From Candidatus Poseidoniaceae archaeon (GTDB taxonomy: Archaea > Thermoplasmatota > Poseidoniia > Poseidoniales > Poseidoniaceae), in the NCBI GenBank assembly GCA_049623485.1, contig JBMZTB010000001.1, positions 5,387 through 69,386 of the forward strand: a stretch of 64,000 bases of DNA, in the 5' to 3' direction. Made by a program: the position numbers and the translations under genes. The notes under the pieces are model-generated. The model had not been told where the DNA came from, made no database searches, and was given only the letters and a program-made list of their open reading frames with translations. This document shows positions 60,488 to 64,000 of this stretch, piece by piece. Within the stretch, counting starts at the first letter, position 1. Every line of letters starts with the position of its first letter.

Positions 60488-63400
60488 ACTTGATCGCTCT
60501 GCTGCTTTTGTGTTTCGCCATAGTTCTCTTGGCGACTATAGCAGCGATTGGCCTTCGTCATGATTGCTCTCTCAAAAGTCGAACATTGATCATTATCGTA
60601 CCACTCGTTGATGCAATTTTATCCCACATCGCCCTTGGCTGGTTCGGCCTTGGGCCAGGAACAGTCTTTGTTGGAAGCGCTATGTTTGGTATACTGAGCC
60701 TACTTGGAGTGCAAGCCTTACTCAGCCCGAGAAGGTTGTTGGTTTTCAAACTCGCATGGCAACAACTACGTCGACGTCAACGTCAAGCAGCTCTTCTCAT
60801 GGCTGGTCTTATGATCGGTTCTGCAATAATTAGTTCCTCATTGATTGTTGGAGACTCTTTGGATGAGACCGTGAGAAAGGAAATTGAAGCCGCATGGGGT
60901 TCTACAGATATTGTCATTTCAGGATATGATTCTACTATTGGACAGGTTGTAGAAATTCCTTCATCGATTGTTGACGAATTACGTCTTCAAAATGTTGATG
61001 CAGTTGATGCAATTCAAGCAGGTAGAATTGTTTCAGCATCCGTTGAAACCAATGAAGGTATTGCAGAACCGAATGTTCCTTGGTTCGCATTAGAGCACCA
61101 AGAAGATGCTCTCATCGGTTCCTCTTCAAACGGTTTAACATGGTTTGAATTAGAGGAAGCAAGTCGTTTTTCAAACCAATCGATTGTTGTGATTAATCGA
61201 GCACTTGCGGATGAATTAGATGTTGGCAAAGGAGACGAAATAGAACTGGGTTGGTTTGTCAGAAATAACAACGGTATCGAGCGAATAAAGGACTTATTCT
61301 TGATTCATCAGGTCGTTTCGATGGCCAATCAGGGCCAACTTGCTGGAACAACAGCACCTGCTTTATTCACCGATCTTGAAACTGCACAAACATTGCAACA
61401 AGCCGGTCAAAATGTAACCACAATTCGATTAGCGACAAAGGGTATCGAACAAACCCGAGATGGTTACTCGACACTTATTGAGGAATTGGAATCAGCGCTC
61501 AATCAAACAATTGACGGAGAAGATTCAGGTCTTCAGTTCCTTGCCGATGAAGAGAGTGATTCTTTCACGATAACCTCTTCACAGGGGTTGGGCAGGATAC
61601 CGGCGTCTCTTGTACGTTCAATAAAGGAGAATCAAAGTGCGCTTATGGAGGATTCATCTCTTCTTGAAGTGTTGCAGGTACCATTGATTAGCCTCGAGGT
61701 AAACGGTTCGGAGCTTCTGACTCTTGCTGATGGGGATGTGAATCACATTCATCCTGAAGAACATGCAGTTTGGCATTGGGGTTCAGGTGGCATAGGGTAT
61801 GAGCGAAATGATTCCAACTCTTGGGTTTGGCGAGTTCCCTCAGGCTCAATTATTGTTGATGTAAGCATCGACAACGAATACGGCTTTGCTGCGTATGATA
61901 AGGGTCTTATTCTCGGAAACAGCTCTGACGAAGATTCAACAATTCGGTTGTTAAAAGACAAGGACATTGCGGCTGTTGAGGTCAAAGATGGGACGTGGTT
62001 TGCACTTGAAGAAGGTCAAAATCAAACATTATGGTTCGGGGATATTGCAAATGATACGGAAAAACCACTCGCACTGAACATTAATTCACCGTCAACAGTT
62101 TTGAGTTGGGACTTGAAGTACCATTCAGAAGAACTTTTTTTGAAAGTTGAAGGGCTTCTTTCAATAGACTATTACAAACGTTCATGGATTGGAGATGATT
62201 CAAATTTCATTGAAATTCCTGAATCGGAATGGCCCGTTACATCGTTGAATCCTCCAACGGTATGCCCCTCTGGCAAGGGGGCTATGGTGACGATACAAGA
62301 CGCGTGGTGCATAGAATCTCCAGGCATCATTGTGCGTTCAACTTTGGACGGTTCCGTTCAATCCCTCCGACTCCCTATCCTCTCGGATGCGGGAGGGTTT
62401 GGGACCCTCCCTCAGATGTTCTTTGCAATTGAAGGGGATGTGGATTCGTTGAATGTCGCCAAGAATGAGTTGATGATCGGGGACCGACTTCAATCCATTT
62501 CAAATGTTGCAAACGGTACAGTTAATGCCTCTGGACTCTTTCAATTCGCTTTTGGTTCCGATGATTCACAACTTCTAGCCATCAATGGTTCTTTCACAGA
62601 AAGCGATGAACTTTCTCAATTATCTGAACTCGAAACAGTTGTTCTTGGCCTGATCAACATCGAAGATGGTGAAACTCTGGCTGCAGCAGAAGATGACGAA
62701 CGTTCAATGTTGGTTTTTGCTTCTGTTGCTGATTTGGAAGAAGTTGCACTCAAGAATCATCTCAATCAACTCGTCGGATTTGAAGAAATGTCCCTTACGA
62801 TTCAGACGGTTAAACTCGATGCTATGGAACAAGCCGAAGCCTCTTCAGGTGTTTTATCAGCAATGTTCCTTGTGTTTGGTTCGTTCACAATAGCAGCCGG
62901 CGTCCTTCTTGTTGTGACCATTGTTATGATGTTGGTTGATGTGCGACAAAAAGAGTATGCAACAGTTAGAGCCCTCGGATTTACACGAGCCGATCTACGT
63001 TACATGACAATGATCGAGGGGTCAATCGCAGCCTTCCTTGGCTGTGGTCTCGGCTCATTCCTCGGCATGGGGCTTGCATGGATTATTGGAATTGGCTTTT
63101 CGAGTGTTTTTGCTAATGCAGGTACGGACGTGTTTACGTTTCACGCAGATTCGTCTTCTCTTGCTTCTGGCTGGTTCTGGGGATTCCATCTATCGATGAT
63201 CACATTGTTCCTTTCGGCACTTTGGTCTTCTCGCTTGATTATTGTTCACGCTTTGAAGAGTGTTCCGCAGAGAATTCCAAAGCATGTGCCTTGGGCGATG
63301 TACATCTTCCTAGTACTTGTCGCGGCAGGGGCTTTGGGAAGTTTAGGCCTGTTCTTTGTAGGAGGACAAGGCGTTGCTCATTCGATGTGGATTCTCTTCG

Positions 63401-64000
63401 GATGCTGTGCAATTCTTTTCACGATGCCAGTGTTGCTTTGGGTGATTCCTGTTCTTAGAGCAAGAAGAAAAATTGATGGAATTTTACCCGTGTTTAGAGA
63501 AGCGCCTCGAAGGACAATTGGATGGAGTGGTGTGGCCTTATTGGTGTGGACTGGATTGCCTTCTTCCTTCGATCTTGTTCGTGCCGATCTCATTCCAAAT
63601 GAACTTTCTTTCATCCTCATCGGTTTAGTGCAGGTGTTTGCTGGTGTATTTGTTTTAGCAGCTCTTGCTCCAATGATGATACGTGGATTGCTACGTCTAC
63701 CTAAACTCTCGAGCGGACCAGTTCTTCCCGTCGCTCTATCCTACCCTCTGCAAAAGCCTCTGCGAACTGCTGTAGTCATGGGCATGTTTTCAATAACTGT
63801 CTTTTCGGTTGTTGTTCTCAGTGGTTACACACTCCAATTCGACAATTATTCGAGTTCATTCGTAGAAGAATCTGAAGGAGAATTTGAATTGATGCTGTCT
63901 TCATCGAGGTCTCGTCCCTTACAACTCGAAGGCCCGATAGAAGAATGGGAATTGGAGAATTCCAATATCGAACAAATCGATGCTGTTGGGAGAGTGTATA
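60484..64000 (+). CDS. ABC transporter permease (FtsX/MacB-like, very large with an extracytoplasmic domain), partial; runs off the 3' edge
   Basis: ATG at 60484 overlaps the ATPase stop (ATGA). The frame is open to the window end (hence absent from the track). FtsX-type motif (…EYATVRALGFTRADL…) and multiple TM helices. Confidence 0.7.
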   Translation, partial: MNLIALLLLCFAIVLLATIAAIGLRHDCSLKSRTLIIIVPLVDAILSHIALGWFGLGPGTVFVGSAMFGILSLLGVQALLSPRRLLVFKLAWQQLRRRQRQAALLMAGLMIGSAIISSSLIVGDSLDETVRKEIEAAWGSTDIVISGYDSTIGQVVEIPSSIVDELRLQNVDAVDAIQAGRIVSASVETNEGIAEPNVPWFALEHQEDALIGSSSNGLTWFELEEASRFSNQSIVVINRALADELDVGKGDEIELGWFVRNNNGIERIKDLFLIHQVVSMANQGQLAGTTAPALFTDLETAQTLQQAGQNVTTIRLATKGIEQTRDGYSTLIEELESALNQTIDGEDSGLQFLADEESDSFTITSSQGLGRIPASLVRSIKENQSALMEDSSLLEVLQVPLISLEVNGSELLTLADGDVNHIHPEEHAVWHWGSGGIGYERNDSNSWVWRVPSGSIIVDVSIDNEYGFAAYDKGLILGNSSDEDSTIRLLKDKDIAAVEVKDGTWFALEEGQNQTLWFGDIANDTEKPLALNINSPSTVLSWDLKYHSEELFLKVEGLLSIDYYKRSWIGDDSNFIEIPESEWPVTSLNPPTVCPSGKGAMVTIQDAWCIESPGIIVRSTLDGSVQSLRLPILSDAGGFGTLPQMFFAIEGDVDSLNVAKNELMIGDRLQSISNVANGTVNASGLFQFAFGSDDSQLLAINGSFTESDELSQLSELETVVLGLINIEDGETLAAAEDDERSMLVFASVADLEEVALKNHLNQLVGFEEMSLTIQTVKLDAMEQAEASSGVLSAMFLVFGSFTIAAGVLLVVTIVMMLVDVRQKEYATVRALGFTRADLRYMTMIEGSIAAFLGCGLGSFLGMGLAWIIGIGFSSVFANAGTDVFTFHADSSSLASGWFWGFHLSMITLFLSALWSSRLIIVHALKSVPQRIPKHVPWAMYIFLVLVAAGALGSLGLFFVGGQGVAHSMWILFGCCAILFTMPVLLWVIPVLRARRKIDGILPVFREAPRRTIGWSGVALLVWTGLPSSFDLVRADLIPNELSFILIGLVQVFAGVFVLAALAPMMIRGLLRLPKLSSGPVLPVALSYPLQKPLRTAVVMGMFSITVFSVVVLSGYTLQFDNYSSSFVEESEGEFELMLSSSRSRPLQLEGPIEEWELENSNIEQIDAVGRVY

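Noticed and set aside
57198-64000. Possible integrated element downstream of the tRNA gene
   Set aside because: No integrase, no repeat of the tRNA 3' end, and no phage or plasmid genes. The content downstream (DedA, Nob1-like, TatA, SAMP, ABC transporter) is ordinary chromosomal.

Overview
This 64 kb window looks like a gene-dense stretch of an archaeal chromosome. A complete euryarchaeal-type archaellum operon is present (two archaellins with class III signal peptides, then FlaF, FlaG, FlaH, FlaI and FlaJ). The aminoacyl-tRNA synthetases, TatA, a SAMP/MoaD protein and a Nob1-like PIN protein also point to an archaeon. The several giant secreted proteins with a C-terminal anchor and a lamin-tail domain are reminiscent of planktonic marine Euryarchaeota such as Marine Group II; that lineage placement is inference only.

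Housekeeping genes I can support: mevalonate kinase (partial at the 5' edge), cysS, ileS, nadE, trxA, the peroxiredoxin gene bcp, a glutaredoxin, an Nfu-type Fe-S scaffold, the H+-pyrophosphatase hppA, the DNA-repair genes mutY, nth, PolX and a MutS2-family protein, trhO, a fused AcnX, a sugar epimerase, pirin, tatA, an ABC transporter, and one tRNA-Glu(UUC).

The accessory and unusual content is:
- four very large surface proteins (868, 1694, 721 and 1632 aa) with N-terminal signal/anchor sequences, repeat-rich ectodomains and C-terminal TM plus acidic tails;
- a putative super-operon in which a 143-aa ORF, the 1632-aa CARDB-repeat giant with a C-terminal polytopic membrane domain, and a 330-aa coiled-coil protein are linked by overlapping stop/start codons and sit directly upstream of the archaellins;
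- archaellins with no N-glycosylation sequons, a conserved cysteine pair and an atypical prepilin-cleavage motif;
- a long UUCG-capped hairpin after flaB2;
- a single polypeptide fusing a cytochrome b-like membrane anchor to an HdrD/CCG module;
- a BtuF-like gene interrupted by one in-frame TGA;
- lipobox-like LxGC signals on three secreted proteins.

No CRISPR array, transposase, integrase or obvious defence system was found.
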